From: Tubiluchus corallicola
Lineage: Eukaryota; Animalia; Priapulida
Reading direction: 5' to 3'
DNA: 64,000 bases
Assembly: GCA_030141605.1 (NCBI GenBank)
Contig: JAQGDQ010000139.1
Span: 1-64,000, forward strand
The notes beneath the pieces were generated by a model, which did not search any database, was not told the origin of the DNA, and was given only the letters and a program-made list of their open reading frames with translations. Numbering within the stretch: the first letter of the stretch is position 1; each line of letters starts with the position of its first letter. The translations under genes and the position numbers were made by a program. Of this stretch, positions 12,144 through 25,800 are shown in pieces.

Positions 12144-13049
12144 AACTACAATTTTATGACTCCAAGACAACTATTTGTTTTTTAGACATTTCAACAGTTC
12201 TATTCTTCTAAACTTTTTAATCAATCACTTACTGTATGTGTATGGAAATAAGTATTTCATCATTGTGTACATCTGAGCCTGTAGTTTTGTGGAGTATTGA
12301 CGTGTGTACCAATGTGTACTTGGTTGTTAATTTTGTAAAAATTTAATATAATCTCAGACTTCCTAGACTGCATTATAAAAAAATTAAGTGATACTATTAT
12401 TGTTTATATATTTAAAACCTTTGTCTAGAAACCTCATTTTGTAGGTACAAAGATTTAGCTTATGGTCTTTGTCATTATAACTAGCAATAAAATTTGTACT
12501 TCAATTTCATTGCTGCGGTAAAGAGGTAGTTTTCTCAAGTACATGTAATAACGCCTTGTCACAATGATGCGTTATATCATATGTCGATGTAAATGATATA
12601 CAATTAACAGTATTTCCTTATTAAAAAATTTCTGTTACAATTTGTCATTGTTTATCATTTAAAGTTTGTTCACAGAGAAACTGCCAAAATCTCAGGTATG
12701 TTGAATCAAGGCAGAATTGGGGATTTGAGACAAATGAAATACTGTACAAGCGAACTGTGAACAATAAGTACAACAATACGTTATAACTGAATAGTGGGTA
12801 GCATGCGTGTTAAACTGCAGAGTTGCAGTAGATAGCTGGTGTGATCAAAGATCTAGCTAACGCTTTGTCGATGACTAGTTGGGTACCCGTCTCCCTCGGA
12901 AGCTCGAAGTTTTCTTATTTTGCGCGTCGGTAGCCGCGTTGAGCTGTTACTATTAGTAAAATATATTATAGTGCTGATGTTATCGTATTATTATTATTAT
13001 TGTAAATTCTCTGGATGTTATGTATTTTTAATTACGAATATTGACTTCT

Positions 13050-13390
13050 TGCTGGTTGAACTTGTGCTTATGTTGCATGAGTAATCAACTTAGAAGTGAA
13101 GAATGGTTGACATAAGTGGTTCTGGAGGCAATGGACCAATCGCTATTAGTGTTGATAATACGATTCTAATTATACCGGCTGTTATTATCGTAGCCTTAGT
13201 TTGTAAGTGTCACTAGCAGTTCGCAAAGCTCGTTTGTTAACTCATTTCGTGTACAGCTGAAGTAGTGTGACAAACTGATTCTTGGAATAACGAAAACGAC
13301 AAGTAGTTGTAAAAGAAAAGACATTGATTGACTAGCTATTGTTTTGTTTAGCCAAGTTTCACTTAAACCTATTAGACTGGGTGCCAATTC
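13050..13390 (-). mobile_element. LINE APE endonuclease fragment
   Basis: Minus-strand PSLIGLSETWLN matches the APE I.L.ETWL motif; surrounding frame is decayed. Confidence 0.55.
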
Positions 13391-14299
13391 AATTTCAATT
13401 TATTTACCACTTTATAACACTACAATAGAACATTATTAATAACATAATCACTAATAAATTTTCAAGAATGGTTACAATGAATTGATAAATCTAAAATTAA
13501 AGAAAGGATAGCGAAAAAACTATAAAGTCACCTAGTCTGCTATCCTTAAAGAAGTTTAATGCAAAATTCGAGTACAAAAGGTTTGAATAGCTAAATGGAA
13601 TGCACAAAGGCCCAGATTCAAAAATACGTTTGTCTTGTGTTGTGCAACCAGTTAGCAGAGCTCAAAGGCCATGTAGAGGAAGCCAAAAATAACTATTTAT
13701 TGCAAAATTTGAGCACAGGGAAAATTTTTGTGGCAATGTGTAAAGCACGGCAAGACAAAAAATTCCAGTCATAAGTGGACACAAGACCGTTGGTCATTGG
13801 ATACTGTTTCATCTAAATTAGAGCACAAGAAAAAATTTTGTGGGAGCTTGTAGCACTTGCCTAGTGCATGATAAATTTATATTCAAGACAAAACAAAATG
13901 TAGTTGTAAATAACCTTAACACAATATTATTTATAAATAATATTTGTAATATAGTATTGTTATTTATAATATAAAGTAAGATTTATATAATTAATTTCGA
14001 TGGTATTTTAATGCTGTATTTAAATGTAAAATGGAGTCACCATTGTCGTTAGAGGGTGAGGTGGTGTGATATGGTGTAGTGTGGTGCGTATAGCATGGTG
14101 TGGTGTAGTGCAGTGTAGTGGTATGCTGTGGGTGGTGTGAGTCTATTGCAAAGCAAACCATGTTGTTTTGCAGATCGACTTCAGTGAGAATGCTGCAATA
14201 CTTCAACAAGATGAAATTCAACAGGATGAAGTATTCATTGGACCCACAAGCAGACCACTATATTCACAGCTGTAGCATGGACACCACAAGGAACGTTTT

Positions 14300-14800
14300 C
14301 TTTCTGTATAATTTGAGTTTATACGAGTCACGACAAATATGCAACTGTTGTGTTTAGCAATGAAATTATAGAGTGACTTAAATAAAGTTCAGTCATCTCC
14401 TTTACAGAATTTACATATTTTCTCTGATGGCGTGGCCAAAATTTCAAGTAAAAGTTTATTTTTTTGCACATCATAGATTTTCTTAATAAAGCAGTGAATT
14501 GGCATTTTTTTCTCAACCTCACTTAGGAAGGTAACCATAGTAAGATTTGGAGGAATCGTAAAATGTGCAGTGTTCAATGTAGTCAAGTCTCGTCAACATC
14601 ATGCTTCAAATGCAAAGGATTATGCTGAGTGTGCAGTTAAGTGCACTTCTGCCATCAACATTATTTTTGTGGAACAAATGCAAATTGAAGAGAAGACTGA
14701 ATTGGCTGAAGTCTGGGCCAATGTCCAAAGTGTTCCAGGAACACTATATTCACTGTGTCCGTACCATAAAATGGATTGTTATGAAAGCTTCTTGTTACTT
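14300..14800 (+). mobile_element. Decayed DNA transposase fragment (Sola-like)
   Basis: Across frames: HDKYATVVF...LHIFSDG...NWHFFSTS.RK....FGGIVK...VPGT..IHCV, resembling the FSDG...WxFFxTSHGKGxxDGxGGxVK signature. Superfamily assignment is from memory and tentative. Confidence 0.6.
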
Positions 14801-16207
14801 AGCAGAGCCAGGAAGGGTTTACGTTTTAATTCCAAGTCTCAGATGTCGAGTGAACTGAACAACTAACTATAACTAAATGAATAAATGAAGCGATCAACAG
14901 TATACACACATGTTACAAATGTTTGTCCAATTGTGATTAGTCTGTAATGAGCAATGTATACATTTGCATAATCATTCCTGATAATAAAATTGCGAGCTCA
15001 TTGCTGCAGCTGTGAAAAGTCTGCATATAACTATGACTATTAATAAGTATAATAGGCTTATCATTTACTTTTGCCAGTAAGCCAAAAGCTTCTAATATAA
15101 ACTGGTGTGTTGTAGCACTCTGAGAGTATTTGTGGTAGATGTAGGCCTGCCGGGTAGTGCAGAAAATTACGTATGGGTACTCCCAAGAACGAAATAATAA
15201 TTGGCTAAGCAAACACCGCAAAGAATGTATTATTACCTAAACTGTACATTGCTCAAAACGCTATTTACAAAAAGGTGAGCAAAGTAAAATTAATATAAAT
15301 TTTGTCCCCACAAAGAATTTCAATTGTTGTATTTCAGCAACTATTAACCTTGAGGCCTGCAACATGTAGAAAACTAAATTAACATAGCGTAACAACACAC
15401 TTTGTGCAATGAGGATGAGAATTATATGTTTCAAAATATAAGTAAAACGGATCTTGTAAGTTAGGGATATTTATTATTGGTTGAACATGGCTTCACTTGT
15501 CCATTACTCTAACTTGTAGCAATCTATAGCCGCTTATGAGCATAGTAACACTTGTAACACTGGGTATCAAACAGATTTGCCTATATATATATATATATAT
15601 GTTAACAACTTTTAACACTGTAGCTGCACAGGAGCAACAGACTTTCGTATACGTTCATATGTGATAACACTATGTAGCCTTGTAGCACTGGACAGCCATC
15701 ATATATATGAGAGAGAGTTGTTAATTTCGTGATTCTTACGTGAAAGCAAATTGCGAAAGTTCTGCTACGCCTGCTATTGTGTTCTTTCATGTTGTGTATA
15801 TATATATGTGTGTGTGTTGTGTATATATACATGTTACAAACAAAGTGTGAAATTGGGTATTCTAAAGGACGTCTAGATATTTAATAGAGTGCCAAAATAA
15901 GCCAGATAAGGTGTCTAAAGTAGTTCCTCACGTTTGCTAGGCATTATATATAATGCAAGAGTTTGTCTCTAGAGGCAAAGTGTGCAATTCTTAGATTTTT
16001 CATATACTTTTCTTAGGCATTTTATAGACTGCTGATTAAATCATAGTTAATTTAAAAAGAAAACAAATATATTCATTTGTTATGATATAATTTTCCTAGG
16101 CATTTTATATAATGCCAGTTTTATTTAACAAAATGCATAAATTTGAATTAAGTTGGTTGGATGGTGGATAGATAGATAGGTAAATAGGGGAGAGAGAGAG
16201 AGAGAGA

Positions 16208-16630
16208 GATTTTGATTTGATTTAACTCTTTATTTCGAACCAGGTTCATAGAACACATAACAAACAATAATTACAAGACATACAATACTTCTAACACCTC
16301 CTCTCAACACATGCAAATTAATACATAAATAAATAAAATAACAGTACAATCTATATATATATATATATACAATATGATGCGTCCAGCCTGAGTCGTCACG
16401 TGAATGCAAGATAGGTGTTCTAGTTCTTGTTTAGGCAACATCGTTTCTTGCAAAAGTAGATTTGCACAGTTCCTGTAGTACGTATTGAGACTCAGGGTGC
16501 AACACTGAATTGCAGTTATAGCTCGCTACCTTCAGAGTCTGTATTTGTGTTTTGTTGCAGTTCATTATTATTAGTATGATTTGTGGTGCTGCTGGTGGCG
16601 CCGCCACATTCCGTTTGCTGATTAAGTGTA
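16208..16630 (-). mobile_element. Internally deleted LINE remnant (APE N-terminus joined to 3' tail)
   Basis: Minus-strand LKVASYNCNSV is an APE N-terminal motif; the rc 3' tail reads gttcgaaataaagagttaaatcaaatcaaaat near 16210. Confidence 0.5.
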
Positions 16631-16710
16631 TCATTCCCTGCTTCTCTATTACCTACTGGTCTATAGCCATCATTTGATAAAGCCTTTGCTTTCTGCGTTA
16701 AAGGCTGATT

Positions 16711-16713
<3 letters not shown>

Positions 16714-16767
<54 letters not shown>

Positions 16768-16792
16768 AGAGAGAGAGAGAGAGAGAGAGAGA
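16714..16792. repeat. (GA)n microsatellite
   Basis: About 40 GA units with a short ggga interruption. Confidence 0.95.
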
Positions 16793-18476
16793 TAATACCA
16801 GTCATAGCCACTTAAATTGTGAAGTACCAAGATTAGAAACACTCTTACGCACAACCAAGCTGATGAAAAATAGTTCGAAAGGACTTTAATGAATCCAGCC
16901 CAAGTTTTCTCGATATAGCAAGTGATTCATCTGATTAAACAGAGATGGTCACCACCACCACCAGTAAAACAATTAACCCGCTCAATAAATTACTTGAATT
17001 ACTCGCTTTGTTTAGTACATTAGGAAAGTTGTTTTATGCAGTCCATGCATTGCCTAGTAGTGTGTAAAATAGGAAGGTAAAATTCAATTCACTGTACATT
17101 TTACATATTGCCAAAGTCACTTTACGCACCTTATATACATCTCAGTTACTGTAGAAAACATCTAGGTGAAAGAGTTGCTGTAAAAACATTTATTTCACAC
17201 TTTTCCCAAAATGCATAGGCTTTATATAAAATGTCTAAGTTTTACCCATTGTCTCTAACACACATTACCTGCTTTGGGCGGTATTACATAAAGAAGATGC
17301 TAGTAGCAGTACTGTGAGTCAAAAATAACCCAAAATATTTTTCCCAAATTGTTGCAACATTATTGCAAATACACTCACCAGAAATGTCACAGTCACAGAT
17401 GGGTAAATGCATTCTCACTGCATGTACCATGCATTTACTTTAAAACTACTTGTAAGATATAGCGTGATATAGTTATGGTTAACAAAATCTCAATAAACAA
17501 TACGTTATCACGAAATTTAAGCGATGCATAACTTGATAAATGGCTCATTTTCTTCATGTCTCAAAAATCTAAAATAAACGTTGTTTTAGAAATATTACAA
17601 AGTTTTAAAGTTTGGAGTCGGGATCCAGGTCGTGGTGGGATGAGAAGTTCATGAACGAGGTTCAGGACGAGAAGGAATGTTTGGGAACGGGTTTCGAGGT
17701 TTCACAAAAGTTCGGAATGGAGGTTCGAGGGTTTGGCACACACACACACATGAGTGTAGCTTAAGAAATTTTAATTTTATGAAACTATTCTGTTTTGGGA
17801 CTTTTACTTCTTTAAATTCATCCAAGCTTTCAAGCATAGTTTTGTAGATAATTCCGGAATAACTTTGAGTAAGACGACAACACAAGTATTGGGTAATTTG
17901 CAATTTGAAAAATTTTTGCTTCTGAACAAGCTTAGCTTGTGAAAGTGTAAAATTGCAGTGAAAATGAGTACAGACGGAAGAAAGTCGAACATCATGGTGG
18001 TTGATGTTTGTGAACCAAATCTAAAGTTGGGATTTGAACTCAACACTTCATGTATAAGCCACATTGCTCATTCACACGAGTTATTCTGTCTCACTTGAGG
18101 GAGTTGCCTAAATTCTCATCCTTCTCAAATTAGGCCTGTACTTCAAACTATTAATTTGTGGCATGCATTTGTCCACTTGCAGGAATTAGTAATAGTACAG
18201 TTATCTCTAGTAAACTCGAGAATTCAGAATGCAATGTCTGAAGTTCTAACAGGCATTAAGCCATGGTGTAGCTTGGTACATTAATTTTGGGTTCAGTTTG
18301 CATTAGCGTATTTACTTTAACTTTGCTCTCTTCTAATGCACATACTCAAACAGGTGTAGAGATTTCATACTGCCGTGTTTGAGTGCCACCTGTTTAGGCT
18401 TTTGGCTTTAAACTACAGTATAGGTACATGTGTTGTGTTCTTGGCCAGTTGTTCACATATTTTCTATACTGCTGCA

Positions 18477-19995
18477 ATGGATAATCGCCCAGGAAATTCT
18501 TTTGCATCACCAGCACTTGATGATCTCACAGACGAACAGAAGGAATTTGTGATGAGGATGCTTAAAGAGTCTGCTGCTGAGCAACAGCTGGCAGCAGCTA
18601 CAAAAACATCGTGGGAACAACTATTCCTTCAGCACATTCCAGTTGTTTTTCTGCTTTTTATTTTTGGTTTGTAGAATTCTGCAGAAATGTGTTGTTGTAA
18701 TATTTGGATCATGTTGCATTTCAATTATATAGTGCTGCAGTGTGCCTAATGGTTACAATCAATTTTATTTTATATTGTTCTAATATACCAATATTTAAAT
18801 AAACGTACAGCATAACTATACATACCATTTTATACATTTATACACACAACTATATTTTAATACTGTATTTTTAATTCTTTTCTCAGGACTTTCCAAAATA
18901 ATGTATTTTTAATTCTTTTCTCAGGACTTTCCAAAATAATAGTTGCCAGTGATTTATTTTAACTCCTGTGCTGAAACAGTCGCGTGTGTCTTAGTTGCCA
19001 CAAAATTGCAATATATTTAGAATTTTTTACAGCACTAGCATTATACTTCATATACTTATTATGAGATAGTAATATACCACTGGGTTACATGACATTTGAG
19101 CATCACCATTTGGGTAGGCGACATTTGGCCGTGAGACAGTTGGGTACCAATAAAATTTAACATTGTACCAAATTTTTGTATTTGTTTATTAAATTTTTAA
19201 TGATCCACTATTTTCCTAATTCTTGCAATATTTTTTAAGGTTGCTGTACTAAATCAAACTTATTGAAAACATATGCAGTAAATAATAATATGCTACAGTA
19301 ATCAGAATTTTTAAACTCTGCAGGTCCTGGTTTTCCACTTTTAGGTTACGTGTAGTTTTTAAAATGAGAGAAGCAAAAAAGTATGAAAGCCTTTTTTTAA
19401 AATATCTATATAATACACCCAAAAATGGTAAATCCCAACAGAAATATGAGGCAAAAAAATATTTACTCCAAAATTTTGTATGAACGAGTGCAGCAGTTCA
19501 ACTAGTATTAAATCGTAATACATTGCTCATTGACTGCTTGTTATGCTTTTAAAAATAGAAGAAACGCATGCAAATGTGTTGTTTAGTTATTTGCACATTC
19601 TAGCTTCCCAGTCAAGTACGATCAGATCAGTAATGAGTTAAATTACTGCCTAATGTCTGTATGAATATCAATACCAAGATCAAGACTAATTATGCAAACT
19701 TTTTCTATGTATTTCTTGGTACATGCATGATAATTATGCCTTGAACAGCAGTTTTTTTGACACATACTAGATTAGTTACAGTTGTTTCCAGGTTTAATTA
19801 CACTACCTTTGTCGAACTTTACAGATTTGAGTAAGGCAACAAGGGCTGACATTAATTTTTTTAATGTTGTTCATTCTAGCTTTCTTCACATACAAGTTAG
19901 TGTCAAGTTTACGGGAAAAAGAAAGAAAAAAAGAAGAAAAGAAAAAATTGAAGCAACAGCGAAAAGAGAAAGATGCGCCAAAGAAGAAAAAGTGA
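18477..19995 (+). CDS. Putative 2-exon gene for a 101-aa single-pass membrane microprotein with a Lys/Glu-rich tail (exons 18477-18666, 19880-19995)
   Basis: ATG at 18477, donor tg|gtttgt after 18666, acceptor ttcattctag|c at 19880, both phase 1. Spliced product MDNRPGNSFASPALDDLTDEQKEFVMRMLKESAAEQQLAAATKTSWEQLFLQHIPVVFLLFIFAFFTYKLVSSLREKERKKEEKKKLKQQRKEKDAPKKKK*. The junction completes one hydrophobic helix. Confidence 0.7.
18864..18940. repeat. Tandem duplication of about 38 bp
   Basis: tgtatttttaattcttttct(ct)caggactttccaaaataa occurs twice. Confidence 0.85.
19081..19240 (+). repeat. Dispersed repeat end (catttggg units), same family as 31275-31462 in reverse orientation
   Basis: Repeated catttg(a/g)g units followed by tttgtttattaaatttt...ctattttcctaa, shared with the reverse complement of 31275-31462. 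Confidence 0.65.
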
Positions 19996-22714
19996 AACGT
20001 TGCATATCATTCATATACAAAGTATTTTTTTACATTCTTGTTGGCTATGACCACACGCTAAATTCTTGTATACGTACTTGCTTTTAATTTGTAATATCTT
20101 CATGTTTAAGATGTTGTTTGTGTTTGTTGTTAACTGAATGAAAATATGCCAGAATAAGAATGTGTTGTTGTTTTAAAATTAAATACAAAGTGTAAAACCT
20201 GCCATTAAACACATTTTACACTTCGTAAACTTTAGACAAGAAAGAAACTTGACTAGTTTCTCCAAAATGTTGAAATTTCTGAAGGAATCAGAATGATGTC
20301 GAAATCTCAAGTTTTCATTTCTGTTAGTTTTGGTTCCATGAGGATTATTAGCTTTTCTTTGTTTCAAGTTTCAACTCTTTAGTTTGTAACCTCAAGTCCC
20401 AAAAATGTTTTAGCTCCTGCCTTGCTGAAGTTACTAAAACTGCCTTCATGACCCCACTTAAGTTTAAGCGTGTTATATTTATAACTTTGTTTGTTTGTTT
20501 TATAAACTAATCTTTAGTGTGGTTGCAGGTGTAATTGTATAAAGTTTGGTTGCAACGCAAATATAAAATTAATAGTAGATGAAATATAGGAAATTGTAAA
20601 ATAAAATCATGGTGGCAATCGATTTGACTTGCTGTCCTTGTGAGAATAAGTTAGACATAAGTATAAGTACACAATTGTATGTTGCAAATGAATCTGGAAT
20701 GAGACTTAAAAATCACTGGTTTTAATTTGTAATGAGAGATGTATGTTGGCTAGGTGTGGTAAAAGGTCCTTTCTCTTAAATGCAGTCTGGTTTAGTTTAC
20801 TTACGTCTTAACTGTTGCTTGCTCAGTGTCTACCACAAATGCTAATGTTGCAACATGACCTGTATACGCAGGACTTCAGGAGCAAGAAAATTACAAGAAA
20901 AGGTGGCAGCTCGATTTCTAGAAATTATTACTTCATTTCTTGTTAACTTATACACAATGTTGGCATTATTTGATATTTTACATTCCGTTATTGCTTTATT
21001 TTGGAAGAGGATTGTTACTTTATTTGTTATGATGGTGTGGAAAGATGGCTTTTATCTTATTTGTCATTTACATAGGATGTTTTGTAACTTAAAGTGATTT
21101 AATTAAAACCTGCTGTAATTTGAACTTGTAATGATTGCAGTCGTGATAATAATGGGGAATTGAGTAAAGCTAACCAAAAATTAATTAAATTCTATGCACT
21201 TTAGAAATTGAAGTGTAACACAATGTACATTCCAAAACTTGTAATCATTGTAGTCTTTATCAAGTATAATTTGTATTTGCTTAGACATAAAACTCTTCTA
21301 TGTAGCTTAAGCTACAATTTAGATAGCAAATTTATTTCTGGATAAAATGTTTATTGCAGATAGCTGGCAACTTGTGGCCATTTGTATCAATATGCTTGTA
21401 GTAACATTCATGTTATTCTTGTAATTACTAAATTCAACACCTGCTGGTTAAACATTTTTAAAGCTTTTCAAAATCTTTTATTTTGTGATTGGATTTAGGT
21501 TATTCTTCTTGTATGGAGGACCACTTGTTTTGTGTTAGCTGATAATAATGTACCAGTAAAGTTGATACTTATCTTGTGCAATTAATACCTATTAAATAGA
21601 ATACAAAACTGTGCATGTTATATTTATTGGCCAGTGGTCTGAATTCTTCATTTCCATGTACAAAATTTGTGAATTAGCAAACTGTAACATTGTCAATTAA
21701 TTCGGATGGGCATCAGAACTACTTTTTCAACTTTTTGCGAATTTGTTTAGCATTTATACTTATTTATTTTCTTGTATTTTTAAAAATTTCACCTGTTCTG
21801 TAGCTTATTTGATTATTTCACAAAATTTCAGTTAATTTCCAGAGCTTAAACGACTTTGAACTGTTCATTTTACAACTGTGGTTTTAACAGGTTCATAGAA
21901 TAAGATCATTTCTATATTTACTACATACTGTTGTGTATTGCTATAATTAATGTTTGATTCTGTGCATATTCCTTCACATATTTATTGGTTTAATTTAATA
22001 AGCGTCACTTAATTTGCTCTTTGTTATTAAAAATCTTACTTCAGTGACCACAACTGATTTTGCCAGATATACAGTATTTCTCTTGAGTGAAGGCATACAA
22101 GGCAATTTTTTCAAAACTGGTGGAAGTGTAGCATTTAATGGTTTCAATCTGTTGGAACAAGTGATAGCACTGTTTTTTTATGTTAGATTATAACAGCCCG
22201 TTATTATTATTTAATATCATAATGTTACTAATTCGCAAAACTTTGACTATGTACGACTTTTGTACTGAAAATCAAAGTTCAAGGTATTGTATCTGTATTT
22301 CCAAAATGATGTTATTTATTGGTTTAAGGCAGCAAAATAAACATCGTATATTTTACACTCAAAGGTGAAAAAAACAGTTTTGTTACATTACTTTTGTTAT
22401 GTGCTATTAACAGTATGAAATGCTTGTTTAATACTAAATAGCTTACAGAAATGAACACTGCAAGTTATACTGACTGAACGTAAAACACAAATAGAGCTTT
22501 ACAATTTAAATTTGGAAATTGTACACAACCATCAAATTTATCTTTGCCTTGATTCCTTGAAGTGACAATTTTACAAGAATGCAGATAAACTGATGTCATT
22601 TGTTACTTAGCTCATAAGAATGACCTTTTGCTGAACCCACATATGATGACTAACTGGAGTACAACACATGAATTGCCGAATTTCAAAAGAATCTCTCATA
22701 CAGCAGAATGCGAG

Positions 22715-22837
22715 TCATAGTCCATCACCAAACAACAATTCTAGTGCTGCCTGCACATCACCGTTTGTAACTTCTAAAGCACGAAGACTCATTGCATCAT
22801 CAGTTATTCCCATTTCTCTTAATAACTGCAACTGATT
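22715..22837 (-). CDS. UBL7: UBL7 exon 9 (UBA domain, stop)
   Basis: ttttcag|NQLQLLREMGITDDAMSLRALEVTNGDVQAALELLFGDGL*. Confidence 0.92.
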   Translation of the reverse strand, partial: NQLQLLREMGITDDAMSLRALEVTNGDVQAALELLFGDGL

Positions 22838-25800
22838 CTGAAAACATATTATGCACTATAATTATTACGGCATTTGGTGTTGCTTTTGTACTATTATACT
22901 AACCACATCAATGCAACCTCCCAGTCGCAGAAACATGCAATGTATACTCCATAACATTAATAGTTATCAGGGAAATCTGCAAAAGTTGACCTCAAGTGTA
23001 ATAAGATCAGGCAAATTTACAGGGAATAGTGTAAAAAAGGTAGCTAACTGTTTAGTATTACCAAATGCCGACAAATAAAGAAAGAGGATGCTACATAAAT
23101 GTTAGCTGTGTGCTTTTGTAACAATGAATTTTTTACTGTGTCATTAGATGTCACCCTAACCATGCAAGTTACCCAGAACATAGGTAATAAATTTGATGAT
23201 TCTGACTCATTTATTTGCAATTGTAAATTGTAAAGGATGAGCTATACTATGTGTGCAAAGTCAAATAAACTTCAGCTGCCACAATTCACAGTCCATATTA
23301 AAGGAAAGGTCGAGCCTCTGGGAAGTTGGGCTTATTTTAATATTTGCGAAAATGTTAGATTTAGTAATAAAAAAGCACAAGTGCCTCACAATATGTAAAA
23401 TCACTTTAAAGTCCCATTTTCCACCAAAGATACCGTTCATCAGTTGAAGAAAAGTAGTGCACTGTAAATTTTCGCCAAGCGTATAAGTTTTTACAAAAAA
23501 TTAGATAGCTAATTTTGCATGAATATTAGGCAAGCTGCAGAAGCTTGCATTATTTTAAACACCACACGCTTATGGAAAGCCACAAAGTCATTGCTTATGA
23601 AAAGTTTACTAATTACGTAATCACGCAGTTTTCAAGTGAATAGCGCAGAAGCAGATCTAAAGGGGGGGTCTGGACCCCTCAAATAATTATGTATAACGAG
23701 TGTCCTGCATACCGTGCAAACACGAAAAATTTAACCTAATTCTGCAGCCACTGGCATTGCCTGGCTGTCACTGTGCTTATTTTGTGATATAATTTGCAGC
23801 CCTGATCTACCTAGGCCATTGGTTCACAACTTTTTATTGACCCTCTCCAGAACCCCACATCATATCGTGACCTCACGAAAGAACATGTTTTACTATTAAA
23901 AATCATTGTTCACATTCATTAATTTTAACTTAATATTCAACAAATTATCGAACGAGTGATTTTTTTCGTTAATTAATTAATGTGATGGTTGTGCCTGTTT
24001 CTCAGCGACCAGGTGAGCAGAGAGATGTGAAAATACATAAAACAGTTACGACTCACTTTAGCTTTCAAGAGTGTCAGCATGGCAAGAAACACATTTATTT
24101 TGTCATAGAAGAGCATCAGATTTGTGTCTTTGCCTTTAAGTGTACGATTGAGCACATTGATATGTTCAAAAATGTTGCTTAGGTAACACAATTTAGCCAG
24201 TCAGTCACTGGACTCCAGCATTGCCTCCTATTCATTCTTGTGTTGTGTACCCAAAAATTGCTTTGATTCTTCAAGCAACTCGTAAACATGCAGAACTGCG
24301 TTTCCTCGCAATGACGATCGTAGCTGAGTGTAGAAGAGCAAGTTAATGTGATGAGAATAAGTATAAGAATAATTTATTTGTTTGCCTTCCAAATAAATAC
24401 AAAAAAACTATAACAGCAATATTCAACAATATTTAAAGAAGGTAAGGATGGCGAAAGATCAAAATGGTCATCTAGTCTGCCATCATTATCAGTAACTGGT
24501 GAAACTGTCAATATCTGCATGGTGAGTGAGCATCATAGCAAAAAATAAATAAATATTAAATAGGCAAACAGTTAATTAAAATTAAATTTGATAGCAAGAA
24601 ATTATAGAAAATGCAATATCATGCAAATGACTCAAAATAAAAGTAAATCAATATGCAATGGGCAAGAGTATGCTGGTAGTAACTAAACACACTTAAACCA
24701 AATAGCTAACAATTTAATCAGGAGAACCAGTAAAGCAAAGTAGTATGTACTTATCAGTTCAGATTGTTTTTAAATTTACTAAGTAAGAGATAAAACTGTA
24801 AAAAAGCAAATTGTTAGACCAACCCGGAATTATGTTACATAACGTGTTTTAACATTATGTGAATTAAAATTACAGGCCTACCTTTTATACATACTATTCA
24901 ACCATAGTTTTAAAAATTTAGAGAGATGTGATATTTATGATTAAGCTGTTTAATATAGTAATTTGTAGAAATCATGGCAAAAACTACATTAAATAATGCT
25001 AATGTATTGATGAACTAGTACACAACTTGCAAAAGAAACTTGTTAGTATTCAGTATAGATTTAATTGGCAATAATAGAGATAAAACAGACGACATAAACA
25101 GTGAAGATTAGATATATATATATATATATATGCTATAAATAGCCAAATGATAAATTCTTTGTTTAATTTACACTAATATTTCTGTATTAAAGTCAAACTA
25201 TATTGTTTGGCTAATGAATGGAGCGGGATTACGTTTTTTAAGATCAACACCCATCTCGAGAAAAAATAATCTGTTGTTTAGAGCACTGGATTTGATGTGA
25301 GTCACGATTTTGATTGCCTGCAACAATGCGTCCATGAGACTTACAGGCATTGTGCAAGCAGCAAGCATCTGCCAGTGGATCATGCAATGTATCATGAATG
25401 CATTAGGAGCCACTAATTGTAATTTAGAATTAAAACCAGATTGACTCCCAAACATCACAGGCGCTCAATCTGTTGTTGATCCAATCTGTTTGTTGAAGTC
25501 CAGACCTCGTTGATTACAACAGTGTTCAACTTTCGTGAAAATATCAGCTCCTTTAGTTGTCATTTCCAATGCCTTGCACATCAAAGGCTCGTCCACAAAA
25601 TCAAAATTTTTGATGAATCTAGCCCAAACAATCAATTGTGCGCATGATGCAGCGTCAGTTGATTCACCCAGTTCATTACAATGCCAAGGTGATTGCTTGA
25701 TTGCTCAATTTTCCCACAAAATCAAGCACTAATATACCGCATTTGGAGCAGGAAAACTGAGTTTTACTTTCCAGAACAAAATGATGTAATGAGAGACTGA

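Noticed and set aside
16516-16889. ORFs with SLSLSL / ERERER runs
   Set aside because: Translations of the (GA)n microsatellite.
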